NCBI RefSeq assembly: GCF_006345805.1
Contig: NC_043005.1
Location: 47,926,001 to 47,990,000 of the forward strand
DNA from: Octopus sinensis
Taxonomy: Eukaryota
Length of the DNA stretch: 64,000 nucleotides
Direction of reading: 5' to 3'
Numbering within the stretch: position 1 is the first letter of the stretch; every line of letters starts with the position of its first letter. The notes under the pieces were generated by a model, which was given only the letters and a program-made list of their open reading frames with translations, was not told where the DNA came from and searched no databases. The translations under genes and the position numbers were made by a program. This document shows positions 50,803-63,770 of this stretch, in pieces.

Positions 50803-51582
50803 ATAAGTGAATAAATAAATAAATACTCATACAACTAGGTAAATACATGGATTGATACACATATATATATATGTAACAAAAGAGTAAATTACGATTCTTT
50901 TATTCAGAGAAAATCTTCATCTTTGATCTTTCTACTGGCACCCAGAATTTACCTGTGGTTTTAGCAATTATCCGTTGCCTGTTATATCCAGAACAAATAT
51001 ACCAATACAATAGCGTATCTAAGTCAGGTGTCGATAAAAAATGGCATCATTGATTACCGGAAGGTTTATGAGAGGTTATCTTGATTACATAATAGGCAAA
51101 GATCCGTTCTTCTATCGTTTTATACGCTGCCTACTGCAAATATTTTAGCATTGGTGAAATATTGTGTGGATCACCTTCACACAATTATTTCATTCTATGT
51201 AATTTAGTGTCGAGTGCAGCAATACCAATCCAGATCTTTTGACGAAGAGTCTGTTGTTGTTGTTTTTGTTCTTATTATTAAGATTGTGAGCTGGGAGAGT
51301 CGTTATCACGTCAAGCAAGATGCTTACCTGCATTTCATCCACCTTTGCCTTCTGGGTTAAAATTCCGGTGAAGTCAATCTCACCTGTCATTTTTTCAGAA
51401 CCGATAAAATAAGTACCAGTTCAACACTGGGGAGTTGATATAATTGACTCACCTCCTACCTCAAAATTGCTAGCCTTGTGCCTCTATAATAGAAAGGATT
51501 ATTATTGTTATTCTGAAAGACTCTCGGATAGTTCTTAATTACCGGTTATTCTTTACTTGAACGTTTTTTGTTCATTCTCGAT

Positions 51583-51871
51583 CGAGCCACGCCTGTCTCA
51601 TCAGGGCCGGTTTCTCGGTTTCCTTGGCGTATAGGTTCCCCACCTGGACGGGACGCCGGTCCGTCACACGTGAGCTGCAAGATGCAGGAGGAAAGAGTGG
51701 GAGAAAGTTGTGGCGAAAGAGTAGCAGAAGTTCGCCATTACCTTCTGCCGGAGCCGCGTGGACCTTAGGTGTTTCCCTTATAAACACACACATCACCCGG
51801 TCTGAGATTCGAACTCGCGATTCCTCGACCGCGAGTCTGCTGCTCTAACCACTAAGCCATGTGCTTCCACT
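51583..51871 (-). mobile_element. tRNA-headed SINE (body Y, tail T1)
   Basis: GTGGAAGCACATGGCTTAGTGGTTAGAG head, GAGTTCGAATCTC B box, aacacctaaggtcc body, gacggaccggcgtcccgtccagg...gaaaccggccc tail. Confidence 0.85.
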
Positions 51872-51899
51872 TACTTGAAAGTAGGCAATAACAAATCAT

Positions 51900-52155
51900 C
51901 AAAAGTTTCAAGTAATGCCTTCTCCTGTAGCTCAAAGATACAATAGTCTCCTTAGAATGCGAGCAGTACCCAACAATGCTGTCTTCTGGATCACCTCGTG
52001 CCACACAGTAGTTCCAATATTCTTGATATGTTTGTCAAAACCCTTGTAAACTGCCCCTAATGCTCCAATTACCATCGGTCTCACCATTATTTTCCTCATA
52101 CCCCATAACTTTCCTATCTCATCCCGTAGTTGCTGGTATTTCTCAGTCTTATTAA
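51900..52155 (-). mobile_element. R4/Dong-like REL non-LTR retrotransposon, 3' fragment 1
   Basis: KTEKYQQLRDEI...VIGALG...IQKTALLGTARILRRLL, the C-terminus typical of REL-endonuclease elements. Confidence 0.8.
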
Positions 52156-52327
52156 TCATCATCATCATCATCATCATAATCATCATCATCATCATCATCA
52201 TCGTTTAACGCACGATTTCCATGCTGGCATGGGTTGGACGGTTTGACTGACGACTGGTGAGCCAGAGGCTGCACCAGGCTCAATCTGATCTGGCAAAGTT
52301 TCTACAGCTGAATGCCCTTCCTAACGC

Positions 52328-52372
<45 letters not shown>

Positions 52373-52386
52373 TATTATTATTGCTG

Positions 52387-52433
<47 letters not shown>

Positions 52434-52437
52434 GCTG

Positions 52438-52492
<55 letters not shown>

Positions 52493-52519
52493 CATTATTA
52501 TTATTATTATTATTATTGC

Positions 52520-52581
<62 letters not shown>

Positions 52582-52599
52582 TATTATTATTATTATCCA

Positions 52600-53710
52600 A
52601 TTGATTTGCATTTTATTTCATCTTCCGACCTGATCTCAACCAGAGACCTAAGGCATGTATATATTAGATGGAGAGAAACTTCCTGAGAATGAGAGCGGTT
52701 GATGTTGACGCAAGTTTTTAAGTCTCATAGATTGTTGGTTTCCCTGGAATCTGGTAAAAAAAAAATTGTCAGTACCTTTCTTGATTAGGGCATCTACAAC
52801 AACAGGGATAGTTTTGGCTTTTAATTGCCAGATCCTTGATATCTCAAACTCAAGGTCATTATATTTCGACATTTTTTTTCAAATTACTTTGCCGTGATGT
52901 TTTTATCAGTAAGTGCTGTCAATTAACAGGCATGTTTTTTTTTTTGTCTTAGGTCTTTGATGACGATGTCTGCTCGGTTGTCATTTATTTGCCTGTCTAT
53001 ATGTATCCCATAATTCCATAGAATGCTAACATTCCCTCAGTGACTGGTTCGGGATGGTGTTCTTACTGGCCAACTCGATTATGCCTGGTTTTATATTCCG
53101 TAGCGGCAAGGACTGAGCAACCGGCAACAATGTGGTCAATACTCTCAAGTGTGTTATTGCTGAGTCTACACTTTGAGTCTACCTCATTGTGTATGGAATT
53201 AACTTGATGGTTCCGAGTGAGAAGACTCTGATCTTGTGCCGCTAAGATAAAATCCTTCTGTTGCAGCTTTCAAACCAGCACTGTACAGCCACTGACGGGT
53301 CCTATCTACATCAGCTTCCCCAGCTCATTTGGGGTATTACCCATGCAATGGTTTTTCTCGCTACAGTCTTGATATTTCCTTCAGGTTTTCCTGTTTGGCT
53401 TTTGCTTCACACATTTCTGCTGCCTTATTGGGTGGTGTGTCCTTATCATCATCATAATCTGTATTTATATGCTTCCTTTGAGATTGAGTGCAGTTCCTTA
53501 CTCTGTTCGTGTTGCCTTACCAGCTGTATCATCCAGCTGGTGTTATTTTGGATGTACATTTGGAGACCTATCGTGGTCGTTTTATAGGACGCTTGAAACT
53601 GGATTAAACCTCTGCTGCCTTCCTTTCATGGGAATTAGAGCCAGTGGATGTCTTATTTTTAGGTGGTGCATCCTATTTAGTGTCAGGTTTTTATGTCCAT
53701 ATACTGGAGA
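52600..53710 (-). mobile_element. R4/Dong-like 3' fragment 2, ending on a ~270 bp (TAA)n array (52329-52598)
   Basis: Degenerate CRL...VAGCSVLAATEYKTRHNRV, RADIVIKD, SKYNDLEFEISRIW and TIPVVV motifs. Confidence 0.8.
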
Positions 53711-53876
53711 TCACTCAAATTCCAACCTGGCAGAAACGTTAGCACGCCGGGCGAAATGCTTAGCGGTATTTCATCGGGGTCGATAAATTAAGTACCAGTT
53801 GAATACTGGGGTCGATCTAATCGACTGGCACCTTCCCCCAAAATGTCGGGCCTTGTGCCTAGAGTAGGAAAAGAAA

Positions 53877-53909
<33 letters not shown>

Positions 53910-53910
<1 letters not shown>

Positions 53911-54345
53911 TAGTTTTATTTTTATAGCGTGCTTTCACTTCACTACCGAGCGCAGCTCTGTGTGCCTTGGGTATGTGCTGTGATTTGTTGTGATGCTCTG
54001 ATGGTTATTGTATGGAAAGTGTTCTGCGTAGGATGTGTGCAGTGCCTAGTAGTGCAATTTTCTGTATGTTATATGTGTTTGTAAGTCCTGGTGTTTTTGT
54101 TATGTATTTGTCTGAATATTTTTTTATCATGCCTAATGCACCTACTATGATAGGAATTGTTTCTGTTTTCAGGTTCCACATTCTAGTTACCTCTATTTCC
54201 AGGTCTTTGTATTTTGAGAGTTTCTCCATTTCTTTTAGAGACACGTTGTCATCTGCCGGTATTGATACATCAATTAGAAAGCATTTTTTTCCTTCATGAT
54301 CTCTGACAACTATATCTGGTCTGTTGGCCTTAATTTCTCTATCTT
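53910..54345 (-). mobile_element. R4/Dong-like 3' fragment 3 with 3'UTR, ending on (TAA)n at 53878-53908
   Basis: ORF 54005-54244: EKLSKYKDLEIEVTRMW...IIVGALG...IQKIALLGTAHILRRTL. Confidence 0.9.
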
Positions 54346-54361
54346 TGTTGTGGTGCTCTTA

Positions 54362-55620
54362 TTTTTACTGTATTGAAAGTGTTTTACGTAGGATGTGTGC
54401 GGCGCCTAGTAGTGCTATTTTCTATATGTTATATATATATACTTATAAGTCCTGGTGTTTTTGTTATGCATTTGTCTGAATTTAAAAAAAAATTTTTTAT
54501 CATACCTAATGTGCCTACTATGATAGGAATTGTTTCTGCTTTTCGGCTCCACATTCAAGTTACCTCTATTTCCGGATCTTTGTATTTTGAAAGTTTTTCC
54601 GTTTCCTTTAGAGAAACATTATCATCTGTTGATATTGATACATCAATTAGAAAGCATTTCTTTTTTCTTGGTGTTCTCTGACAACTATATCTGGCCTATT
54701 GGCCTTAATTTCTCTATCTGTGTGTATTGGCATATCCCAGAGTATGGTTGTATTCTCATTTTCTGTGACTTTTTCTGGCGTGTGCCTATACCATCTTTTT
54801 CTGTTGTTATTCCATAGTATTGGCATAGCTTCCGGTGTATATATGTCCCAACTCTGTCGTGTCTGCGATTATATTCCTTCTTAGCCAGGACTTGGCAGCC
54901 AGAGACAATACGATTTATTGTTTCTTCTCCATCACCTCATATTCTGCAGTTGCTTGTATTTCTTTTCATTACGTAGTTTTGGGTGATTTCTGGTGAGAAG
55001 GCTTTGATCTTGTACTGCAATTAAAATCCTTCAGATTCTACTTTGAGTCATGAGTTCTTCAGCCATTGTTAGCATTTTGCTTTGTTTATTTCTTTTCTGT
55101 TTATCTTAACCTAATATTTGCCATGAAGGGGCTTTTCTAACCATCGTTTTATCATGATCTGTTACTGCTCCAGTTTTAGTTTGGATTTCATTTGTTTTAC
55201 AGCTTTTGCAGTTTCTTCTTTTTCTTCATAACTATTAGGTGCTATGGCATCTTTTTTGTATTTATCATCTTCCTTAAAGACTGAAAACAGTTTTTTTGTT
55301 TTGTTTCGTGGCTATTTATATTAGTTTTTTTTTTTTTTGGCTTTTTGATGTAAGGTATTTCTGTAGCCTTGTGGTGGTTATTTTGTAATAGTTTTCTAGC
55401 GGTATAAAGACTCTACCACCTTCGATACGTTGTATATATAGCCTTTCTATGTCAGATTTTGGGTGGTGCATCGAAAATCCTATCGTTATTTTTCAGGTTT
55501 TCCTGTCTATTTTGATTTAGAGTCCAGTTAAGATTATTGTAGCAGTAACTTATAACTAGGATGGCTAGAATATTGCTTTTTTTGCATTGAGCTCTGTTTT
55601 CTATATTAATCTGACTTGTC
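54362..55620 (-). mobile_element. R4/Dong-like 3' fragment 4 (same family as fragment 3, longer and more decayed)
   Basis: CRICG...IVSGCQVLAKKEYNRRHDRV, ILWDMPIHTD, NRPDIVV and LIDVS motifs. Its 3' part is collinear with 54005-54345. Confidence 0.9.
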
Positions 55621-55670
55621 TATAGTATTCATTTTTTGTCTTCTCTTTCATTTGTGTGTTGTATCGTATT

Positions 55671-55729
<59 letters not shown>

Positions 55730-55731
<2 letters not shown>

Positions 55732-56122
55732 GTTTTTTCCTTCTTTCTTCAAATTTTCTTCCGTTTCTCGCCGAGTGTTTTCCTTACACCTAGGGCAGAG
55801 AAGGGCATTGTATGCATTCCCAGATTACACGCGCAAATTAAGATAAAATATGTATTTAAAAATTAATAAATAAATAAATTCATGGATGGATGTTATTTTC
55901 ACAGCGATAGTGCTCTTCTCAGTACATGAGCCGTTCCAGTTAATACGATTTCTTGCACTTCCTGTAGGGATGGTAAGCCTGGAATCATTTTCGAATAGGT
56001 TTCAGTACCTTTTTTTTATCATTCCTAGAGATCCTACAATCACTGGTACTTTAGTCGCCTTGAGATGCCACATTTTTTCAATTTCAATTAGCAGGTCTTT
56101 ATATTTACTAATCTTGTCAAAT
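55730..56122 (-). mobile_element. R4/Dong-like 3' fragment 5, ending on (TAA)n at 55671-55729
   Basis: DKISKYKDLLIEIEKMWHLKATKVPVIVGSLGMIKK on the minus strand, followed by a 3'UTR. Confidence 0.8.
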
Positions 56123-56126
56123 TCTT

Positions 56127-56212
<86 letters not shown>

Positions 56213-56229
56213 CATTATTATTATTATTC

Positions 56230-57160
56230 ATATACACTCAAAAGATTACACTTGAAAAAGAAAAGAATCCTAGCATTGGGCTACAGCAAGCTGCATTAGA
56301 TGCCAAGAACCCTCCTAAGTATCCTAGCTGTCCCTAATAGCACTATTTTCCAGAGCTGTACTAAACTGGATTTTATGCTTATTTCCTCTATCCATCTGTT
56401 CAAATCTTTAGGGATAATTCCCAATGCACTTATAACTACTGGGATACATTTTACCTGCACTTTCTATAGTCTCTGTAATTCAATAGCTAGGTCCTGGTAC
56501 TTTGCTATTTTTCAGTACTTCTCATATTAATTCTTCATCGTTTGGGATTGTAAAGTCAATTATCTGGCACCTTCTATTGTCATTATCTACAACTAACAAA
56601 TCAGGCCTTCTAGCTTCTATTACTCTGTCAGTGTGAAAGTTTAAGTCCCTCAGCATCTTATATTTCTTACTTTTTAGTACTTTACTAGGTTCATGTTCAT
56701 ACCATTTATCAGGATGTTCAAATCCTAGCTATCTACATAGCTCCCAGTGGATTGCTCTCCCTAGATTATCATGTCTTTTCATGTATTCTTTCTGCGCCAG
56801 CATGCTACATTCACTTACAATACGAGTAACACTCTCCTCTTTTGATTTGCATAATCTACATTGGGAATGTACTTGGTTTTTGTCTATTTTGACTTTTATC
56901 CAATTAGTCCTTAATGCTTAATCTTGTGCAGCCACTAACAAACTTTCTGTCTCCCTCTTCAGCTGTCCCTTCTGCAGCCATAACCATGTCTCACTACTAA
57001 TATTTGCTGAAACTGTCTTTTGGAATCTACTATGCAATGTCTTCTCCTGCCAGTCAGATAATTTCTGTTCTTTTTCCTGATTTTGAAGTTCGTTTGGTGT
57101 TTTGGTTTCTCTATGTCGTGCTGGGACTCTAGCGGCTTTTAATAAACTTGCTTCACTTTT
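56230..57160 (-). mobile_element. R4/Dong-like 3' fragment 6, ending on (TAA)n at 56157-56228
   Basis: CRLCKSKEESV..IVSECSMLAQKEYMKRHDNL, KWYEH, RRPDLLVVD, IIDFTIP and VLLGTARILRRVLGI*. Confidence 0.88.
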
Positions 57161-57165
57161 AGATT

Positions 57166-57990
57166 TTGTTAAATATTAATACATTTACTAATACTAACAT
57201 TAATTTAGCTAATACCATCCAACCCTCAAGAAATATTAATAACAAGGTTATTGTATCTGAAGTCAATTGCAATAGAATTAAGTTTACGTCAAGTAACTCT
57301 AAGATTAAAAATTATATATACCAGTGTATAATCAGTACTCGTAATAAAGTACGATTTTACATTGGAAGCACATCGTTAGAGTTATCTAAAAGAATTTCTA
57401 TCCATTACTCAACATTTAGGAATAGAAATAAACGTAATAGTACCGGTCTCAGCAAACTGATTTGGGATTTAAAAGACCACAATGAACAATTTCATTTAGA
57501 ATGGTTGATTCTCTCAATTTCGATACCATATGACAAAGGCAAAGAAATTCTGTCTTCTCTGCAATTCTGAGCTATTTTTCATTATTTTTTCTAAAAATAC
57601 TCTAGTAAACACGGTTATAGAACGAGCATACAGACGTAAGCATTGGCAAAAACATACATTTAGTGCATATAAGTAGTCTCTATCATTATATATAATTTGA
57701 ACTTTAATTTACTTTATATTTAACATTCACTATTGGTATCCCTACTCTTTCTGTTAGCTACTTATGACGTTATATCATATAACGTTTTTTTAAACAATAT
57801 TAATATCGTTCTGTCTCTCGCTATACAAATCCATCATTTTTTGCTAAAATATCTTATTGACGAGTTTCACTTTTTTCACATTGTTTATACCATTTATTCT
57901 TTTGAATAGTATCAGTGGAATTTTTGAAACATGTGTCGAAAGTAAAAATATTTGATTACACCTGCGTTAAACTCCATTTACTTATTCATA
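57166..57990 (+). mobile_element. Penelope-like element 3' part: GIY-YIG endonuclease plus 3'UTR
   Basis: YIYQC...FYIGSTS..LSKRISIHYSTF...STGLSKLIWDLKD...W.IL...PY, then a frameshifted CLLCNSE. The element ends in (TA)n. Confidence 0.9.
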
Positions 57991-58079
57991 TATATATATA
58001 TATATATATATATTTATTTATTCTTATTTTTAATGAAGATATCTTAGAATTGATCCCTTAACTATAATAATAAAAAGAA

Positions 58080-58170
58080 AAATAGCCTGAGGACACACTG
58101 GTGAATTTGTGTATTAGGTATAGCCTGGTAAAATAAACCACCAGGGCAGAAACATGTATAGCGTTGATTA
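58080..58170 (+). ncRNA. Degenerate minimal hammerhead ribozyme motif in a PLE terminal repeat
   Basis: CTGAGGA (58087-93), stem II ctggtg/caccag, GAAAC-ATGT-ATA (58149-60; G16.2 apparently mutated to A). Confidence 0.45.
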
Positions 58171-60106
58171 ATATTATCTTCTTTCCCTACAAACTAATAA
58201 CAGGTAAGGTATATATATCTTTTAAATGTTTAAATAATTTTTAATTAATTCTAATGTACTTTATTTTATTGTATGTTATAGTAGGCTTTAAAATGCTTAT
58301 ATTATAAGATTAGGATTTAAGGATTTAGGATATAACTTTCTATGTGTACTCCAGAAAATAAGGTTATCCTGAAATAGGAGTTGTGGTCCTATTGGTGAAA
58401 TCCTAAATTTGTAATAATATTATAATTGATACTGTTTGCTTTGCATTAGTAAAGTGTAAAATAGTAAATATGCTGATAACCTGGAATAATTATTATTCCC
58501 TAAGTTTTTTAATGTATATATATATATATATATATATTTATATAATATATATATATATATTGGTGCTACGAAGTGCATCCAGCTGTAGAAACTCTTCCAG
58601 ATCAGATTGGAGTCTGGTGCAGCCACCTGGTTCACCAGACCTCAGTCAAATCGTCCAACCCATGCTAGCATGGAAAGCAGACGTTAAATGATGATGATGA
58701 TGGTGATGATGATGATGATGATGATGATGATGGTATATATAAGCACAATGAGCTTCTTTCACTTTTTGATCACCAATTCTACTCACAAGGCTTTGGTCAG
58801 AACAAGACTATGGTAGAAGACACTTGCCCAAGGTGTCACTCAGTGGGACTGAACCTGTGGAGCAGACATTCTGTGGCACATTTAGTGTGGGACTTTATTC
58901 TCTGAATTTATCCATGAGTCACTCTTCTTAATATTTGAAAAACATGAGAAACCAATCATAAAGATTCCGTATAACAGCTATAAAAGTTTGTTTGGCCAAT
59001 ATTTGTAAACTTTATTAATTTTGAATCTTTTAGAAACCTGACATATTAATAGAAGTCAATTAGAATTAGAGAGATTGTAAATTTGAAGTAGTTTACTCAT
59101 TTGAAGCAAATTGCACAGAAAAAAAAATCGATTGGTATGGCTAGAAATGGACTAATTAGTCTGATCTCTGATTCAATGCTGACTATCTTCAGGTATCCTT
59201 AGTTCTCTGGTTTTATCTCAACTGTCCCACATTACACACACTGCTACATTTCTTCATGCATCGAATCCATAAATTAATGATTTAAAGTTACACAATAAAA
59301 ATTCCAAATCTTATTTAAGTGAAAAGATACTGATGTATTCTTCATAAGTTTTTTGTCATTTACATCAAGCACAGGCATAGCTATGTAGTTAAGGAGTTTC
59401 ACTACAAAACCATGATGACTGCGGGTTTGATCCTACTGTGCTACAATTTGAACTATTGTCTTCTAACTTAACATCCAGTTGACCATTACCTGTGTGTAGA
59501 AAGTAGGCAAGCAGAAACTGTACAAATGTCTGTCATATATCTCCAGCTTTAGTCCCTCTGAGAAATTTAAGCAAATTATTTTTAGCTCTGTGGACAGAAA
59601 AAAATCTGGATCACCCTGACCAGTTTCATTTCTGTTTGGAGATTCTTATTTATAATTATAATTATAATTACTCATTTCCTCTACCCATATAAAGATTACT
59701 TTAAGAATTCACAATCTCCAATAAATATAGTGTTGAGGGATGACTGTATAATGAACTAAGTCATTAATGATTACACAGCTTAGCAAATTATATAAGCCAG
59801 TTCGGCTGAGTCCTGGTCTGTGATTGAAATAGATATCTATAAACTATCAGTCTTTCCATGAGCAGAGAAAAGATATTTTTACTGGATATCCAAAGATTAA
59901 ACTAATTAAGAAAATTCCAATATATCTGCTCACTGAGAGATTAAAGCATTTGTTTATCTTTGCTTGCATTTTGTAGTGAGACTAAAATTGTAGATGCACT
60001 TTACATTAAAACATCAGTATATTCAATAAATAATATGTAGTGCATGATATATATTATATACATATACATATATGTGTGTGTGTATGTGTGTGTGTACATA
60101 CATATA

Positions 60107-60990
60107 TGTACAAAGTGCATTCTAGAAGTTTTGAGATTTGTTAATTTCAAAGAAGTACAATTTGCTCCAAAGTAGGATCCTCTGAGTTCAATGCTCCAAC
60201 CACTTCAGGAAGGCCCCATAGAAGTCCTCCAACGTAAAGGTATCCAGAACCCTTGTCACAGCCTCCTTCATCTTATCAGTGTCTTCAAAACAACTGCCCC
60301 TGAGATTCTCCTTCAGCTTGGAGAACAACCAAAAGTCACAGGGTGCAAGGTTTGTACTGTAGAGTGGTCAAGGTACAGTTTTGATGCCATCTCTGTCTAG
60401 TATTTGGTTACCAAGGATGGAATCGTGGACTGGTGCATCATTCTGGTACAAGTGCCTTCAACCTGAATAGAAGAGCTCTAGCCTTTTGTGATGAAATGTC
60501 TTCCTAAACTCCCTAAAAATTTGTCTGGCCAAGGAGTCCACTGGATATAGATGATGCCCTTGCTGTCAAAAAAGGGGTTCATCATGGGCTTCCTAACAGA
60601 TTTGCTTTGCCTGGTCTGCTTGGATCTGGAGGGAGCCAGAATGTTTCCATTAAGTATTCTGTCTCCTGGTCACTGGATCATTACAGTAGATCCAGCTTTC
60701 ATCATAAGTCACCAGAGAGTCAAGTAATCTTGGATTGGAGTTAATGAGTTCAACCATTTCCTTGCTGCCACCAGTGTGTCTTTCCTTCAGTTCATCACTG
60801 AGTACCTTAGGAATAACCTTTGCCCAAATTTTGCACATGTTCAGATTGTCAAAAATAATTCTATGCACAGTTTTCACTTCAAACTGTATGCTTATTGTCT
60901 TATAGACACCCATGCTTATAGACACACAGCAATCTTCATCTAAGAAATAATAAATTTTCTCAACCAGCTCTGATGTTCTGACTTTGCTTA
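60107..60990 (-). mobile_element. Mariner-type transposase remnant
   Basis: WAKVIPKVL, LVTYDESWIY..DPVTRRQ and LAPCDFWLFSKLKENLRG motifs across frameshifts. Confidence 0.88.
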
Positions 60991-61454
60991 TTTCTTTTTG
61001 CCCCGCAAGGGGTTAAATATAGAGGGGACAGACAAAGAGACTAAGTCGATTACATCGATCCCCAGTGCATAACTGGAACTTAATTTATCGACCCCAAAAG
61101 ATGAAAGGCAAAGTCGACCTCGACGGAATTTGAACTCAGAACGTAACAGCAGACGAAATACCACTAAGGATTTTGCTTGTTTATGATTAATCTATATTTT
61201 TCTTACTTTTCATTTGTCTTGCTCGCTTATGTTTCTGGTGTGCTAAATTTTCTAGAGAACAATTCTTGGTGGTTGAGACCATAGTGGATCTTCTTCTAGC
61301 ATAAGGGTTTCCTCATAGTGGTTAAAAAATTCCCCACTTATATTTATGTATGAAATACTATTTATTGAATCTCAGTCTTTTATATGCTAGACCACTGGTG
61401 TTAAAATTGATGTTATCAAATTAATATCCAATTTTTCACCCTCATTTTGATTTT

Positions 61455-61492
<38 letters not shown>

Positions 61493-63229
61493 CACACACA
61501 CACGCACATACAGACACACACACATAAGTATATAGGCGTGTGTGTGTCTGTGTGTACACATACACACACATATGTATGTATGTATGTATCTATCTATCTA
61601 TATCTATCTATATATATATATATGTATGTATGTATACACACACACACACACACGCACACACACACATACACACACACACTTACAGACATAAATGTTTCAC
61701 GGTGCAATAATCCTTCATTGGAGGTCTAGAAACTCCTTGTTTTTCTATCTATAATGGGAGATTATTATTTAAATCAAACAAACTAAAACAAATGTAATGG
61801 TGAAACTAAATTACAACCTGTAAGTACATGCATATAATATGGCATCAAAGATGGTTACACAGATTACAAGAGAGGTTGTTCATCTTTCATATAATGAATA
61901 CTATTCCCTAAAACTTTTGCCATTCATACAAGTTTTATGAAGGATGGGTTATCATCTGTGAATACAAGAATCACTTTTTTGGAGATGATCAAACCAGTAA
62001 TTAAGCAGTGAAAATCAGCTGAAACTCAAAAGTGAAATTACTATTATAATCACCATGGTTGAACAGATGTTTGGATTTAGTTCTGCAGATCACAGAACTA
62101 CCAACTGAAATTTCAGTGGACATTTGGATTTGAACCCAGACCTCCACTAATTCTATAAAATGGCCATGGAAGATCCCTCGATTGGCTATATACAAATGAT
62201 GAGGGGTGCCAGATTTAAAATACTTCGACTATTCTTATTCTAGTGCCAGACAGGTACGATACAAGCCACTTTCACTGAAAAAATTTGTTGTTAATCCTAC
62301 CAACCATTATATGTGGCACCATCGTGGGTACTTTATACATGGCATCAGCACAGGTACTTTTTGCATGGTACCAGCACAAGGGTAGAAATTTGGTATGAAG
62401 AGTTGATTGATTAAATTGAGTCTAGTATTTGGCTGGTACTTTGTTTTATTGACCTTGCAATGATGAATAGCAGGATTGGAACTTAGTACATACTGAGCAA
62501 GAATTTTGCCTGATCCCTTGACGATTCAGCCAGTATATTGCCCCCTTGTTGAGAGGGGGTTGGATTAGTTGATTATTAATCCAGTATATGACAGGTAAGC
62601 CATCTTATTGACTTTGGATAAATGAAAGGCAAAATTAACCTTGGTGAGATTCGAACTCAAATCATGAAGAGCTGAAATAAATACCAGACAATTTGTCCAG
62701 TGCTCTGTGATCTTACCAATCTACCTCCCTTGTTGAAAAATAATAACATTTCAAAGTATTGTTTGAAGAATGAAAAGCTAGATAGATAGTTAGATAATAG
62801 ATAGATAGATACATAGATATGTAGATAAATAGATGGAGAGAGAGAGAGAGAGAAGAACTGAAGGTAATAGGATGAGAGAATGAAATGGTGATAAGAAAGA
62901 TTTATAGTAAAAGAAATTGAAGAAGGTAATGAAAAAGAGTACGAAAGTGCAGCCTGGAGATAATGTTCAGGATAGGAGGTAAAAGAAAGATAAAGATATA
63001 GAGAAAAGTGATGGAAAGAGATAAAGAGGATGACACTGTTAGTGGTAAAGAAAGAGAGAGAAAGAAAGGGAAAAATAACGAGTATGAGAGAGAGAAAAAT
63101 AGAGAGAGGAGAAGAGGAAGAAATTGAAAATGGAAGATGCAAAATGCTTTAAATTAACTGTCATGCATGCATTTCAAAATAATTAGGTTAAAACATTTGT
63201 GAAGTTGATATTAGGTTTTCTACGGGAAC

Positions 63230-63770
63230 AATTGGAACCATCGTAGAGCAAAAGAAAACTACAATCACCAAAGTTATCGTGTTTGATTGAAAGACTATTT
63301 AGCTGCTAAGGCAGTGAACCTCGATATTTTAAATGTAGCAAGTCAAGGCTTTTTAACTTGAATTCTTATCTTAAGTAATTTCAGCTAACAAAGGAGTCAC
63401 TTAGATTTGAAATAGCTAGCTGAAAATTGTTATATTAAAAGAACTACAGAAGTGGACGGGTTTCTTTTGAAGAGCTTTAATTCTTGCCATAACTAGTGAA
63501 TGTTTCATTTGAGATGCAGTAATTGTTGACTAACAATGCATATGCAACTTCATTTAAGCATGGAGAAATTTTCTTGACAGCTTCTGACTAGCGAGAGTGG
63601 TTTCTTTCGATGAAAGCTCTACCCTTGACATGAGAAAGCCATACTTATATCATGTGAATGGTCAGATTTCTGCATTTCTCAGAGGATTTTAGATTTTAGC
63701 ATCTAGATGCCACAGCAGGTAAATATTCTTTAATGTGACTTATATTACAGTAGCCAGTGCCACTTAAGGG
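63230..63770 (+). mobile_element. Possible ancient hAT-like transposase remnant
   Basis: ARVVSFDESSTLDMRK resembles the first catalytic hAT motif (S...DESTD). The region has many stops and only this one motif is seen. Confidence 0.25.

Noticed and set aside
51590-51610. CTGATGA on the minus strand as a hammerhead core
   Set aside because: It lies in the SINE T1 tail, the homologous copy at 4090 lacks it, and there is no GAAA box at a suitable position.
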